From an uncultured delta proteobacterium (GTDB taxonomy: Bacteria > Desulfobacterota > Binatia > Binatales > Binataceae), in NCBI GenBank assembly GCA_963711565.1, contig CAVQEQ010000001.1, positions 1,088,001 to 1,152,000 on the forward strand: DNA of 64,000 nt, given 5' to 3'. Shown here piece by piece: positions 1 to 9,885 of this stretch. Both the position numbers and the translations under genes were made by a program. Numbering within the stretch: the first letter of the stretch is position 1; every line of letters starts with the position of its first letter. Under the pieces are notes generated by a model. It did not search any database, was not told the origin of the DNA, and saw only the letters and a program-made list of their open reading frames with translations.

Positions 1-441
1 GCGAAGGACGGCGCCAAGATGGTCAACGCTGTCGCCAACGCGCAGGTGCCGAAGTTCACGGTGATCATCGGCGCGTCGAACGGCGCGGGAAATTACGGGA
101 TGTGCGGGCGCGCGTACTCGCCGCGATTGCTGTTCATGTGGCCGAACGCGCGCATCTCCGTGATGGGCGGAGAGCAGGCCGCCAACACGCTGCTCACGGT
201 AAAGCTCGATCAATTGAAGCGCGAAGGCGCGACGATGACCGCCGCGGAGCAAAAAGAATTTCTGCGCCCGACGCTCGAGAAGTACGAGCTCGAGTCGAGC
301 GTGTATTATTCGAGCGCGCGCCTATGGGACGACGGCGTGCTCGATCCAATCGAGACCCGCGCAGCACTGGCGCTGGGCATCGCCGCGTCGATGAACGCGC
401 CTATCCCCGCCCACCCAGCCTTCGGAGTTTTCAGGATGTAA
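1..441 (+). CDS. Acyl-CoA carboxylase carboxyltransferase subunit (methylcrotonyl-CoA carboxylase beta-like), 3' part
   Basis: [62 protein letters not shown]-terminus typical of MCC beta; runs off the left edge. Confidence 0.9.
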   Translation, partial: AKDGAKMVNAVANAQVPKFTVIIGASNGAGNYGMCGRAYSPRLLFMWPNARISVMGGEQAANTLLTVKLDQLKREGATMTAAEQKEFLRPTLEKYELESSVYYSSARLWDDGVLDPIETRAALALGIAASMNAPIPAHPAFGVFRM

Positions 442-442
442 C

Positions 443-995
443 CGTCCGATTCCCTCCCCCATAAGGGGGGAGGGTTAGGGTGGGGGACCAATTGCGGCGC
501 GAATGTCTGTCGCGCCGCATGCTGCTACGGTCATAGATATGTCGTTCGAACCAACACTGCCTCGCGACACGGCTCGCAAGTTGAGACGCGGCCAAACCGA
601 AGCGGAGCAAAAGCTATGGGCGCGACTGCGCCGGCACCAGATGAAGGGACTTCAATTCCGAAGGCAGTATCCCATCGGGCCCTTTATTGCAGATTTCGTT
701 TGCCTCGAGACGAAGCTGATCATTGAAGTTGATGGTTCGCAGCATGCGGATCAGACGGATCGTGACGAAAGTCGAAGTGAGTTTCTCCGCGATGCGGGAT
801 ACAAGGTGCTGAGGTTTTGGAATTATGAGGTCATCCGTGAGATCGATCTGGTCGTTCAACGGATCGCTGATGCGCTGGAACTTGTGCCGCGGAAAATTAG
901 AAAACAAAGATTGTAGGCGCGCGGCGCATCGGAAATTCGGGCCGCAATGGTCCCCCACCCTAACCCTCCCCCCTTATGGGGGAGGGAATCAGACG
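443..995. mobile_element. Putative DUF559 element bounded by ~55-bp terminal inverted repeats
   Basis: 443-498 is the near-perfect reverse complement of 941-995 (1 substitution, 1-nt indel); fills the gap between two convergent genes. Confidence 0.7.
539..916 (+). CDS. DUF559 / Vsr-like endonuclease domain protein
   Basis: ARKLRR..TEAEQKLW..FRRQYPIGPFIADF..IIEVDGSQH..D..R..GYKVLRFWN motifs; ATG at 539 (ORF open from 503). Confidence 0.9.
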   Translation: MSFEPTLPRDTARKLRRGQTEAEQKLWARLRRHQMKGLQFRRQYPIGPFIADFVCLETKLIIEVDGSQHADQTDRDESRSEFLRDAGYKVLRFWNYEVIREIDLVVQRIADALELVPRKIRKQRL

Positions 996-997
996 AA

Positions 998-2074
998 TCA
1001 CCCCAGGAAGTGGTGCGCGATCACAATGTTCGTCACCACGAACGCTGCCGGGATCACCCAGCGCGAGTACTTGCGAATTCTTAGCCCGATGTCGCGCCGC
1101 AGCTCCGAGCGATGCGTCACGTGGACCGTCATCAGCTCGACGACCGCGAGGAAAACGAAGATGTAACACTCGAGGAAAAACGCATCGATGTACGTCAGGT
1201 AGGGCAGCCGCGGCATCGTCGCGGAGATCGCAAACGCGAACGCTATTACGGTCAGAATCGTCGTGACCGCGACCTGGACCTGGTTGTCGAGATCGCTCGC
1301 CTCGATCCAGAAAACCGCCCACGACAGGACCACCATCAGCGTCAGCGGCAGGAACACCTTCCACAGATAAAAGCTCGAGCGCCGTTGCACCGTAATCGCG
1401 AATCTCGCCTCCGGCATCGTGAAGCCGCCGTAGGTGAGGGCCTCTCCTATCTTGGGCTGGACCGCGGTCACCTGCCATTGCGCCAGCGACGAGTAGCTCG
1501 AAAACTCGCTCGCCGTCCAGGTCGAGTCCTCCATCAGCTTGAAATTGATATGCGGGCCGTCGACCAGGAAGGGATGAATCAGGATCATCAGCGATTGCCG
1601 ATCGAAGGGAAATCGCCGCAGTTCAAACTTCGACGACATCGTCACCTTGCATCGCTCCGCATAGCTGACCGTGCCGTCCGGGGTGACCCAGATCGACGTA
1701 TCGAAACGCGTGCGCGGCGTCGCGGCATTGATCATCTCGAGTTGCGGAACCCAAATCTGCCCGAGCGCGTAGTGTCGATGACGATCCGACGGTCCCTGCT
1801 GCGTGTAGGCCAGCCGCGGATCGGTCCATTGCGCGAACAAGTATGCGTCCATCTGGAACTGCTCGTTCACTTCGTCGATCGCCGCGATGTTCACGATGTG
1901 CAGGCCAATCTTGATGTCGAGCTGTTCGCCGTTTTCAAATGGCGGCTGCAGGATCGGATCGGTTGAAAAACCCGTCGGAATCGGAGGTGGCGCCGCGCAG
2001 CTTGACGCCGCCGGCAGCATCGCACTCGCAATGAAAGCGATCGCGAGCGCTGAAAGAACGATCCCCCGGCGCAT
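998..2074 (-). CDS. Prokaryotic pentameric ligand-gated ion channel (GLIC/ELIC-like)
   Basis: Signal peptide, WTDPRL, IWVPQL, RRFPFDRQ Pro-loop, four TM helices, LPYLTYID. Confidence 0.9.
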   Translation of the reverse strand: MRRGIVLSALAIAFIASAMLPAASSCAAPPPIPTGFSTDPILQPPFENGEQLDIKIGLHIVNIAAIDEVNEQFQMDAYLFAQWTDPRLAYTQQGPSDRHRHYALGQIWVPQLEMINAATPRTRFDTSIWVTPDGTVSYAERCKVTMSSKFELRRFPFDRQSLMILIHPFLVDGPHINFKLMEDSTWTASEFSSYSSLAQWQVTAVQPKIGEALTYGGFTMPEARFAITVQRRSSFYLWKVFLPLTLMVVLSWAVFWIEASDLDNQVQVAVTTILTVIAFAFAISATMPRLPYLTYIDAFFLECYIFVFLAVVELMTVHVTHRSELRRDIGLRIRKYSRWVIPAAFVVTNIVIAHHFLG

Positions 2075-2080
2075 CCCGGC

Positions 2081-3568
2081 TCAGCCTTCCGGCGCCAGCA
2101 TCTTGTCCGCGCGCACCAGCCGGTCGAACTCCGCGCCGCTCAGCAGCTTCAGCGCGATCGTCGCCTCGCGCAGCGTGATGTTTTCCGCGTGCGCCTTCTT
2201 CGCGACCTTGGCCGCGTTGTCGTAGCCGATATGCGGGCTCAGCGCCGTCACCAGCATCAGCGAATTTTCCACGTAGCGCCGCAGCTGTTCGCGATTCGGC
2301 GCGATCCCGTCGACGCAATACTTGCTGAACGACGCGCACGAATGCGCCAGCAGCATCGTCGAATGCAGAAAATTGTGGATGATGAGCGGCTTGAAAACGT
2401 TGAGCTCGAAATTTCCCTGCGACCCGGCCGTCGTGATCGCCACGTCGTTGCCGATCACCTGGATACAGACCATCGTCATCGCCTCGCTCTGCGTCGGATT
2501 CACCTTGCCCGGCATGATCGACGAGCCCGGCTCGTTCTCCGGCAGAATCAGTTCCGCGAGCCCGGTGCGCGGTCCCGAGCCCATCCAGCGCACGTCGTTG
2601 GCGATTTTCATCAGCGAGACTGCCAGCGTCTTGAGCGCTCCCGAAGCCGCCACGATCGCATCGTGCGCCGCCAGCGCCGCAAACTTGTTCGGCGCCGACT
2701 TGAACGGCAGTCCCGTGTACTCCGCGATCTTCTTCGCGACGCGCTCGGCAAATTCCCGATGCGTATTGAGCCCGGTGCCGACCGCCGTGCCGCCGATAGC
2801 CAGCTCGAGCAGGTCCGGCAGCGCGGCTTCGAGTCGTTTCAGATCGTAGTCGAGCTGCGCGACGTAGCCCGAGAATTCCTGGCCGAGCGTCAGCGGCACC
2901 GCGTCCATTAGATGGGTGCGGCCGATCTTGACGATATCCGCGAACTCCCTGGCTTTGCGCGCGAGCGCGTCGCGCAATTTTCGCACCGACGGGATCAGGT
3001 CGTGCGTGACTTCCTCGGCCGCCGCAATATGCATCGCGGTCGGGAACGTGTCGTTCGACGACTGCGACATGTTCACGTCGTCGTTGGGATGTATCGGCTT
3101 CTTGCTGCCGAGCACGCCGCCCGCCATCTCGATCGCGCGATTCGAGATAACCTCGTTGGCGTTCATGTTGGTCTGCGTGCCGCTGCCGGTCTGCCAGATG
3201 CGCAGCGGAAAATGATCGTCGAGCTTGCCCGCGATCACTTCGTCCGCGGCCGCGGTCATAAGTTTGGCCTTGTCGGGCGGCAGCTTACCGAGGTCGCGAT
3301 TAACTTCCGCCGCCGCTTTTTTCAATATCCCGAACGCGCGCACCACCGAACGCGGCATCCGATCGAACCCGATCGCGAAATGCAGCAGCGATCGCTCCGT
3401 CTGCGCCCCCCAATAGCGGTCGCGCGCGACCTCGATCGCGCCCATGCTGTCCGTCTCGAGGCGCTTGCCCGTTCGCATTGGCTTGGCGGCGACGGGCGCG
3501 GCCTTCGCAATCACCGCACGCCGAGCGATCTTCGCCTTGCGCGCCTTCGACCTGGGTTTTGATGCCAT
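2081..3568 (-). CDS. fumC: Class II fumarate hydratase
   Basis: [13 protein letters not shown] signature, [22 protein letters not shown]. Confidence 0.97.
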   Translation of the reverse strand: MASKPRSKARKAKIARRAVIAKAAPVAAKPMRTGKRLETDSMGAIEVARDRYWGAQTERSLLHFAIGFDRMPRSVVRAFGILKKAAAEVNRDLGKLPPDKAKLMTAAADEVIAGKLDDHFPLRIWQTGSGTQTNMNANEVISNRAIEMAGGVLGSKKPIHPNDDVNMSQSSNDTFPTAMHIAAAEEVTHDLIPSVRKLRDALARKAREFADIVKIGRTHLMDAVPLTLGQEFSGYVAQLDYDLKRLEAALPDLLELAIGGTAVGTGLNTHREFAERVAKKIAEYTGLPFKSAPNKFAALAAHDAIVAASGALKTLAVSLMKIANDVRWMGSGPRTGLAELILPENEPGSSIMPGKVNPTQSEAMTMVCIQVIGNDVAITTAGSQGNFELNVFKPLIIHNFLHSTMLLAHSCASFSKYCVDGIAPNREQLRRYVENSLMLVTALSPHIGYDNAAKVAKKAHAENITLREATIALKLLSGAEFDRLVRADKMLAPEG

Positions 3569-3785
3569 CTTCGATATTCCTGTTGTATTTTCGACCCTCG
3601 TGCGCCGACTATTCTAACCCGGCCGGCCCCCGATACCAGCGCCTTTCCCGCCGTCGCGATTCTGTCCGCGTTGCCCTTTTCAGAGGCGCTGTGCCGATAT
3701 AGGTTATGCGGCGTACTCTCGACAATAGGGAGTCGGGCCGGATTCGAGATATTATAAGGACTGGATTTCAAGCGAGGCTGCAACC

Positions 3786-4145
3786 ATGCCCTGGACTATA
3801 ACTCGTCTTTGCCGCGACTGCGTTGACACCGGATGCGTCAGCGTATGCCCCGTCGATTGCATTTACGAATACGTCGGCGCCGACAAAGTAAAATTTCCCA
3901 ACCAGCTCTACATCGATCCCGACGAATGCATCGATTGCGGCGCCTGCGAGCCCGAATGCCCGTGGCAGGCGATTTTCGAGGAGCCCGCGGTTCCCGACGT
4001 CCTCAAGGACGACATCGCGCTGAACCACGCGCTGCTCGAGATCAAAGATCAGTTCAAGGTGATGCCGTTCAAGAAGGTCGATCACCCCACGCCCGAGCAG
4101 GTAGCCGAGAACAAGAAAAAGTGGGGCGTTGACCCAAATAGCTGA
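3786..4145 (+). CDS. Ferredoxin, FdxA/7Fe-8Fe type
   Basis: CxxCxxxxCxxxCP and [12 protein letters not shown]. Confidence 0.92.
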   Translation: MPWTITRLCRDCVDTGCVSVCPVDCIYEYVGADKVKFPNQLYIDPDECIDCGACEPECPWQAIFEEPAVPDVLKDDIALNHALLEIKDQFKVMPFKKVDHPTPEQVAENKKKWGVDPNS

Positions 4146-4310
4146 CCCTCTTACCTCGCCCGCTATACGGAGAGGCGGTCCTTCCTTACCTCTCCCATCG
4201 GGAGAGGACGCGCCAACGGCGCGGGTGAGGGCGCATGGTTCAAGCTGAATGCGGACTCTCCTTAAATCCGGTTCCTCTTCCCTCGAGGGAAGGGGTTAGG
4301 GGTTAGGTTC
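4146..4310. repeat. REP-like family B cluster (CCTCTCCC..GGGAGAGG / GGGGTTAGGGGTTAGG)
   Basis: 4186-4310 is an inverted ~125-bp copy of 18399-18525. Confidence 0.85.
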
Positions 4311-4321
4311 CGCCTCCGCCG

Positions 4322-4852
4322 CTACGCCGCCTCTTCAATCGCCGCCAACAAAGACGCCAGATCGAACGCCCCGTCGTGACGCGCACCGTTGATGAAAAAA
4401 GTCGGCGTGCCGTTTACTCCGCTCCTCACCCCGCTGCTGAAATCCGCACGCACGCGCTCCGCGTAAGAATGCTCCTCCATATCCTTGATGAATCGAGGCC
4501 CATCGAGACGAAGCGCCTTCGCGTACCGGACTAAATCCTCATCCTCCAGCGCATCCTGATGCTCGTACAGCAGATCGTGCATCTCCCAGAACTTGCCCTG
4601 CGCGCCCGCTGCCTCCGCCGCTTCCGCCGCATGCTCGGCATGAGGATGCGCCTCGGCCAGCGGAAAATTCCTGAACACAAAACGCACCTGGTCCCCGAGG
4701 CGTTTCTGCAGCGCCTTCACCACTGGATACGCTTCGCCGCAGTAGGGACATTCGTAGTCGCCGTACTCGACGAGCGTCACCGGAGCCTTCGCCGCCCCTT
4801 GAATGTGATCGTTGGCGCCGACAGGCGGCTTGAGCTTGGCCGATGGACTCAT
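4322..4852 (-). CDS. DsbA/thioredoxin-fold protein
   Basis: EYGDYECPYC, FRNFPL, GVNGTPTFFING. Confidence 0.92.
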   Translation of the reverse strand: MSPSAKLKPPVGANDHIQGAAKAPVTLVEYGDYECPYCGEAYPVVKALQKRLGDQVRFVFRNFPLAEAHPHAEHAAEAAEAAGAQGKFWEMHDLLYEHQDALEDEDLVRYAKALRLDGPRFIKDMEEHSYAERVRADFSSGVRSGVNGTPTFFINGARHDGAFDLASLLAAIEEAA

Positions 4853-5352
4853 CGCGATGCCTCCTGCTTCTTCGCCGCGAGCGCTTCCAGCGCATCCAGT
4901 ATTCCGTCAGCGCCTGGATTGACGCCGACCGGAGACAGGTAGCTCCACGCAATCGTGCCCTTGGGATCGATCACAAAGAGCGCGCGTTCTGTGACCCCCT
5001 CGCCATCGCGATATGCGCCATACTTGCGAGCGACGGCGCCCTTGGGCTCGAAATCAGACAGCAGCGGAAAATGCAGCTTGCGGTCGAGCGCGAAAGCAGC
5101 GTGGCACCAGGAGCCATCGACTGAGATACCGACGATCGCTGCTTTGAACTTGTGGAACTCGGCGAGCACCTCGTTATACAGCGCCATCTGATCGCCGCAC
5201 ACGGGACTCCAGTCGGCCGGGTAAAACGCCAGGATCAACGGCGCGCCGCGGAAGTCGCTCAGCGAGACGAGTTGGTCGGGCGTGCTATGCAATGAAAAAT
5301 CCGGCGCCGCCGTGCCGGGAGCGAGTATCTTGCCCGCGTTTTCTGTCGCCAT
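4849..5352 (-). CDS. Peroxiredoxin / redoxin (AhpC-TSA family)
   Basis: APDFSL, FYPADWSPVC, FPLLSDF, ERALFVID; overlaps the DsbA start by 4 nt. Confidence 0.9.
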   Translation of the reverse strand: MATENAGKILAPGTAAPDFSLHSTPDQLVSLSDFRGAPLILAFYPADWSPVCGDQMALYNEVLAEFHKFKAAIVGISVDGSWCHAAFALDRKLHFPLLSDFEPKGAVARKYGAYRDGEGVTERALFVIDPKGTIAWSYLSPVGVNPGADGILDALEALAAKKQEASR

Positions 5353-5580
5353 GTAGGTGAGCCTCCGTGAATTTCTGGCAAGTCAGAACTCAATCGTGGA
5401 TCGTCGATGCTAGTACCGGTGCGATTCTGTTACAAACTAACAGCGGCCGCGCGGCGAGCCGGGGATGGGGTGACCCCTGCACCCGCAGTGAGAGGACGCG
5501 AAAATCTGCGCAGCGTATCTTTTCGCGACCACGCGATGGAACAGCCCGCGGGGCAGGGCTTTGTTAATAGCTTTTACCGC

Positions 5581-6246
5581 TCATCTCCGCGAAACCGACA
5601 GATCAAACGGCCAATGACTGCGCACGAACTCACTATACGACCGGGCCATCGCAGGCGGGAGTAGCGGGGGCTGACGCCGTGTGATGGTCAGGACTCCAGA
5701 GTCCACGCGCGGCACAGGTCGGAAGGCTGTAGCCGGTACGTGCCGGCCAAGGCGAAATTCCCACCAGGGTACCCATGTTGTGGAGCGCAGCGTGGAGGAA
5801 GGGAACGCCGCCCGCTTGCGCGCCACTTCCCATTGCACGATTAGATCGGCCCGTTCGAGGGCCAGGTACGGATCGTCCAACAGGCGGCGAAGGACGTCGG
5901 TCGTGTGTCCGAACGGAAGAGATCCGATCACGCGAAACGGCCGGTTGGGCAGCGACAACGAGAGAAAATCGCCTTCTACGACTCGCACTTTGTTGTGGAG
6001 CGCCTCACCGGCATGATCGCGGAGTCGCTCAGCCCACACCGGGTCGATCTCGACGGCGACTACGTCAACCTGGCGCCTCGCCAGCGCGATAGTGATCGCG
6101 CCGAGACCGGCGCCGAACTCGATGACGAGCTCGCCGGGGCGAAAGTCCGCTTCGGCGACGATGCGATCAGCGAATTCAGGACGAAGGAAATTCTGACCGA
6201 GGCGGCGTCGTCGCTCGTCGCGCGATGTCCGCCGACGGGCGGACAC
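5581..6246 (-). CDS. Erm-like rRNA adenine N6-methyltransferase (short form)
   Basis: LGQNFL, EFGAGLGAIT, AVEID, GSLPF, VQWEVARKR, AFRPVPRVDSGVL; features resemble actinobacterial Erm more than KsgA. Confidence 0.8.
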   Translation of the reverse strand: MSARRRTSRDERRRRLGQNFLRPEFADRIVAEADFRPGELVIEFGAGLGAITIALARRQVDVVAVEIDPVWAERLRDHAGEALHNKVRVVEGDFLSLSLPNRPFRVIGSLPFGHTTDVLRRLLDDPYLALERADLIVQWEVARKRAAFPSSTLRSTTWVPWWEFRLGRHVPATAFRPVPRVDSGVLTITRRQPPLLPPAMARSYSEFVRSHWPFDLSVSRR

Positions 6247-6258
6247 GAATGGTCACCA

Positions 6259-6420
6259 TCATGGGCATGGCCGTACTTTACTGGTGCCGGTGGTTGGCAG
6301 CAAGGAGATAAACCGTTTAGACAGTCGCGCTTGACCATCAAGCTGATGATGGGCATCACCCGGCGGCACCATCAGACGCCAGCCCACAAGCGCGAGCGCG
6401 AAGGCATGCAGGGATTTCAT
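6259..6420 (-). pseudogene. Truncated 'MKPRHAAALALVGW'-family small secreted protein (53 aa)
   Basis: Manual translation MKSLHAFALALVGWRLMVPPGDAHHQLDGQARLSKR...; 22 nt identical to 15892-15913. Confidence 0.6.
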
Positions 6421-6621
6421 TTAGTCGAATCGTTCATCGGTGATGCCAGCCTGCTTGAGGACAACATTCGCCATATCCCGCGAACGGATATTTGAATCGA
6501 CGACGAATTTATGTCCATTGACGGGGCTGTACCAGAACTCGTGATCGCCCTTTCCTTGCCTAAGCAGGTAACACTTGTGAGCCTTAAGCATCTTCTTAAG
6601 GCGCGGCGTGTAGCTCGACAT
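6421..6621 (-). CDS. hicA: HicA-family toxin
   Basis: LRQGKGDHEFWYSP..SRDMANVVLKQAG. Confidence 0.85.
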   Translation of the reverse strand: MSSYTPRLKKMLKAHKCYLLRQGKGDHEFWYSPVNGHKFVVDSNIRSRDMANVVLKQAGITDERFD

Positions 6622-6870
6622 TTACGCCGCGTTCGGTAATTGAATCCGCTCCTTTCGCGGCTGGAAATTGAGCATGATCTCAATGTCCTGATTGGGTTTT
6701 AGACGAACCTCATTTAGCGTGAGTAGTTCCGGAATCAATGCTTCGAGTTTCTCCCACAGCGACTTGTCGTCGGGTGCTTCTGCGGCCAGTCCGGGGATGT
6801 CGTCGCTATCCGCTACCCACATTTCAGCCTCTGCATCCCAAGTCACTTGAACGTTGAAACGATTTTGCAT
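6622..6870 (-). CDS. DUF1902 / HicB-like antitoxin
   Basis: WDAEAEMWVADSDDIPGLAAEA..L..LIPELL; abuts hicA. Confidence 0.85.
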   Translation of the reverse strand: MQNRFNVQVTWDAEAEMWVADSDDIPGLAAEAPDDKSLWEKLEALIPELLTLNEVRLKPNQDIEIMLNFQPRKERIQLPNAA

Positions 6871-7013
6871 GAGGAACTCCCTGCCGGGGGCTTTAGGCGT
6901 TGGGCCGAGTCAGGCCGCGCCACCCTTGCTGGACAAAGCCTACCTAAAGCGCGGAAGCACAGGAAGCCGCCGCGCAAGCCCGCTTCTGTCAGCCCGCCTC
7001 GGAGGGGAGAGAG

Positions 7014-7460
7014 CTACTGCGTGATCACCATCGCCGCGGTGCGGGTGAGCGGGATCGTGACCGACGAAACCAGGCTCGTCAGCGGCGGGTATTTGTAGGT
7101 CACAACCACGGTAACCACGCTTCCGGGACTGTTGTTGGGCGACCAGGTCGTCGTGACCGTCATCGAATTTGTCTTCAATACACCCGCGACCAGAGTGTCC
7201 ACGTAGCTCTGAACTTGCGCCGCAGACACCGGCGACGGCGCGCTCGAGCCCCGCACCGTCGCATAGCGAACCGCCTGCTGAGCACTGTAACAAACGAAGT
7301 CGTAGCAGTAGAGCGCCAGCGCGAAGTTGATGATCCCGAAAAACAGCGCCAGGCACGGCGTCAGCACCAGCGCGAACTCTGCAATCGCCTGTCCGGGATG
7401 CCCATTCCTGAGAGCCACGCGCAGCCGGTGACGCCGCGGCTTGATACCGGTCGAGTTCAT
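7014..7460 (-). CDS. TadE-like minor pilin
   Basis: GQAIAEFALV prepilin motif followed by a TM helix. Confidence 0.88.
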   Translation of the reverse strand: MNSTGIKPRRHRLRVALRNGHPGQAIAEFALVLTPCLALFFGIINFALALYCYDFVCYSAQQAVRYATVRGSSAPSPVSAAQVQSYVDTLVAGVLKTNSMTVTTTWSPNNSPGSVVTVVVTYKYPPLTSLVSSVTIPLTRTAAMVITQ

Positions 7461-7461
7461 T

Positions 7462-7932
7462 TTATTGGACGACGCGCATGATGGCTTTGCCGGGCACCGT
7501 GATCGGCGGCAGAATTCCCATGAATGAGATCAACGGCTTGTACGACGCGCTGGTATTCACTTCCGTGTACAACAATCGATGGCTCGCGGCGCAATCGGTC
7601 GCCAGGCACGTCAACGCGGACCCATCGGAGCATACGCAGAAGTGAGTCGCGGTCGCCGTCATCGCGACCAGATTGGGCGCGTCGTTGGCGGCCGCCGCCT
7701 GCATCCCGGCGTTATCGCCCGCGGTCGTCAGATTCTGCGAGCCGTACTGAACGCCGGCGCGCGCCGCGTTGGAAAGCGAAATCGCGATGTAAAACGCGCG
7801 CCCCGTTTCCACCACTACCAGGAACATCATCAGCAACAACGGAACGCTGAGCGCCAGCTCCACCGACGCTTGACCATGCCAACATTGCTCGCGACGCCGG
7901 CGCGTCCGACTCGATGCGCGCAGCGTACTCAT
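7462..7932 (-). CDS. TadE-like minor pilin
   Basis: GQASVELALSVPLLL, NAARAGVQYG; ATG at 7932 overlaps the upstream stop (ATGA). Confidence 0.88.
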   Translation of the reverse strand: MSTLRASSRTRRRREQCWHGQASVELALSVPLLLMMFLVVVETGRAFYIAISLSNAARAGVQYGSQNLTTAGDNAGMQAAAANDAPNLVAMTATATHFCVCSDGSALTCLATDCAASHRLLYTEVNTSASYKPLISFMGILPPITVPGKAIMRVVQ

Positions 7933-9224
7933 TCGGCCAGCACCGCGCCTTTTATCGGCGAGCCGTCCGCGAGCGACGAGTAGTTGTTGCCGATTGCCGC
8001 GTTGCCATTTATCACCAGCTTGTCCGCCACTACGATGCTGTAGCCGTTGGCGCTGCTGTTGCCATTGAAGGTGACCTGAGTGGTCGGAAAGTAGAGCGCC
8101 CCATCGAAGGTCGAGCTGGAATTTCCGTTTATCGTGCTGGCCGCGCCGGTGCTCGGGATCGAGCGATCCTGAAAAAACAGGATTCCCGCCAGCGAGCCCG
8201 ACGTTGGTGCGCTGAAGTTCGCCTGCGAATTGCCGTTGAGTGTAATCGCGCCGTAAGCGCCCAACCCGGTGGTGTTGTAAAAGGTAATGCCCGTGCCGGT
8301 CATCGTCGAGTTGCCGTTTATCAGCATCCCGCCGCCCGCGAGGACGTAGGTGCCCGCGTTGAAATGGAGCCACGAATTCCCGTTGACCGAAATCCCGCCG
8401 CAGTACGTGCCCGCATAGAGCTGGTAGGGACTGCCGCTGCTGCCGTTGTTCCCATTCAAGGAAAAACTCGTGTGAGCGCATGAGCCAACGGTCGGCTCCT
8501 GCAGGTAGGCCAGCGGATCGGAGGCTGCAATCACCCCGGTCTTGGGCGTCGGCGTCAGCGTCACGTTGCCATTTTTGCTGTAGTTGCCCACCACCCCAAT
8601 CGTCGGCGCCGCGATCGTGACGTTGCCGTTGACCGTCATCCCGGTCGACGAGCTCGAATCCACCAGCAACCCGCAACTGCTCTGCACGTCAACGTTGCCG
8701 TTGCTCGACATCGCGCCCGACGCCGACGGGTCCATCACGTAGATGCAGTTCGGCCCGTTGCCTTCGTACGCCACCGCGCGCGCCGACACCGTCATTGTGC
8801 TGACCCCGAGCAGGCGCAGAAAATATGTCGGCTCGGCTTTGCTGACGATCGCCTCGACGTATTCCGTATTCGCCGTATTCGGTCCCATGCTCGGTGGATT
8901 GTTGACCGCGACGGTGACGCTGGCGGCGCCGTTGGTGTATCCGTTGGTGGCCGCGTCTGCTTTGGCCGCCGTCACCTCGTCGCCGTAATTCAGCTCCTCC
9001 GATCCAGCCATCGCCGCGCTGTCCGCTGCCGTCTGCATCAGGTTCCTTTGCTCTTGCATGAAACCGAAATCGGTGACGACCGCGATCATGCCCATGATTG
9101 CGATCAGCGACACGCAGATCAGCACCATCACCTGCCCACGCGCGCCCGCCTCCACCCTAAACACTCTGATAGCGCGATCCTGGCGCGATGCCGTGGAATT
9201 CACCCGCGAAACTTTGCTGCTCAT
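7929..9224 (-). CDS. TadG-like pilus protein with Gly/Asn-rich C-terminal region
   Basis: RGQVMVL..D.G..QTAADSAAMAG Tad N-terminus; GTYCGGI and repeated INGNS motifs. Confidence 0.85.
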   Translation of the reverse strand: MSSKVSRVNSTASRQDRAIRVFRVEAGARGQVMVLICVSLIAIMGMIAVVTDFGFMQEQRNLMQTAADSAAMAGSEELNYGDEVTAAKADAATNGYTNGAASVTVAVNNPPSMGPNTANTEYVEAIVSKAEPTYFLRLLGVSTMTVSARAVAYEGNGPNCIYVMDPSASGAMSSNGNVDVQSSCGLLVDSSSSTGMTVNGNVTIAAPTIGVVGNYSKNGNVTLTPTPKTGVIAASDPLAYLQEPTVGSCAHTSFSLNGNNGSSGSPYQLYAGTYCGGISVNGNSWLHFNAGTYVLAGGGMLINGNSTMTGTGITFYNTTGLGAYGAITLNGNSQANFSAPTSGSLAGILFFQDRSIPSTGAASTINGNSSSTFDGALYFPTTQVTFNGNSSANGYSIVVADKLVINGNAAIGNNYSSLADGSPIKGAVLAE

Positions 9225-9247
9225 ATTCGGTTTGCTCCACCATAGAG

Positions 9248-9263
9248 AGCACCGCCCGTGCCA
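9248..9263 (-). promoter_or_regulatory. Putative sigma-54 promoter of the Tad pilin operon
   Basis: Minus strand TGGCACG-GGCG-GTGCT (GG-N10-GC), 24 bp upstream of the ATG, with GGAG RBS between; AT-rich region upstream. Confidence 0.55.
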
Positions 9264-9885
9264 TGCGATTTATCCACCCAATCGCCCACGAATGAGCGCT
9301 GAGATGTCCCAAGCTGAGTGTCGAGTGTCCCGATGTGACGCTGTTGAAGAACTCGGGACCGCGCACGGGCAGTCTCCTAACAGTTGTTAGGCGAACAATA
9401 CCGAACGGTTAATTCCGCAGAAATCTGTATTCAGAAGCGCTTATGCAAATTCGGGTTAACGCAGGCTACAGCGCGATACAAGCTATTTGTCCTTGGAAAT
9501 TCACCAGAAAGAGCGCGGAGGTTCTTTGACCAAATAATACTAATGATCATGCGCGATCGCTATTAAAAGAATAAACGCTTCTCCACCATCACTGAGATTC
9601 CCAAAACCATCGATGCCTACTCAATAATGCCGCATGCACGGCCCGTCCAGCGACGATGTTTGCGAGATTAGCCTAATGACCGCTAGGGGGCTGACAGTCG
9701 TTCTTTTGGGCACCTCGAAATTCAGGAAATTGCCCTTTCTCATTAGTCAAACTTATATTTCATATAATTAATTTCGTCCGATACTTGTGCTCGATGACAA
9801 AAATAATTGACGATTTTGATCAGCTGGTCCTAATGTCGAATTTAGGACATAGATCGCGGCCATGAGCCGCTCGGGAGGCTATTGT

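Noticed and set aside
7462-8676. 404-aa ORF in the track
   Set aside because: Only the last 156 aa (from ATG 7932) are TadE; the rest is an off-frame shadow of tadG
9384-9860. AT-rich stretch as oriC
   Set aside because: No DnaA-box cluster and no skew change here; better explained as a divergent regulatory region
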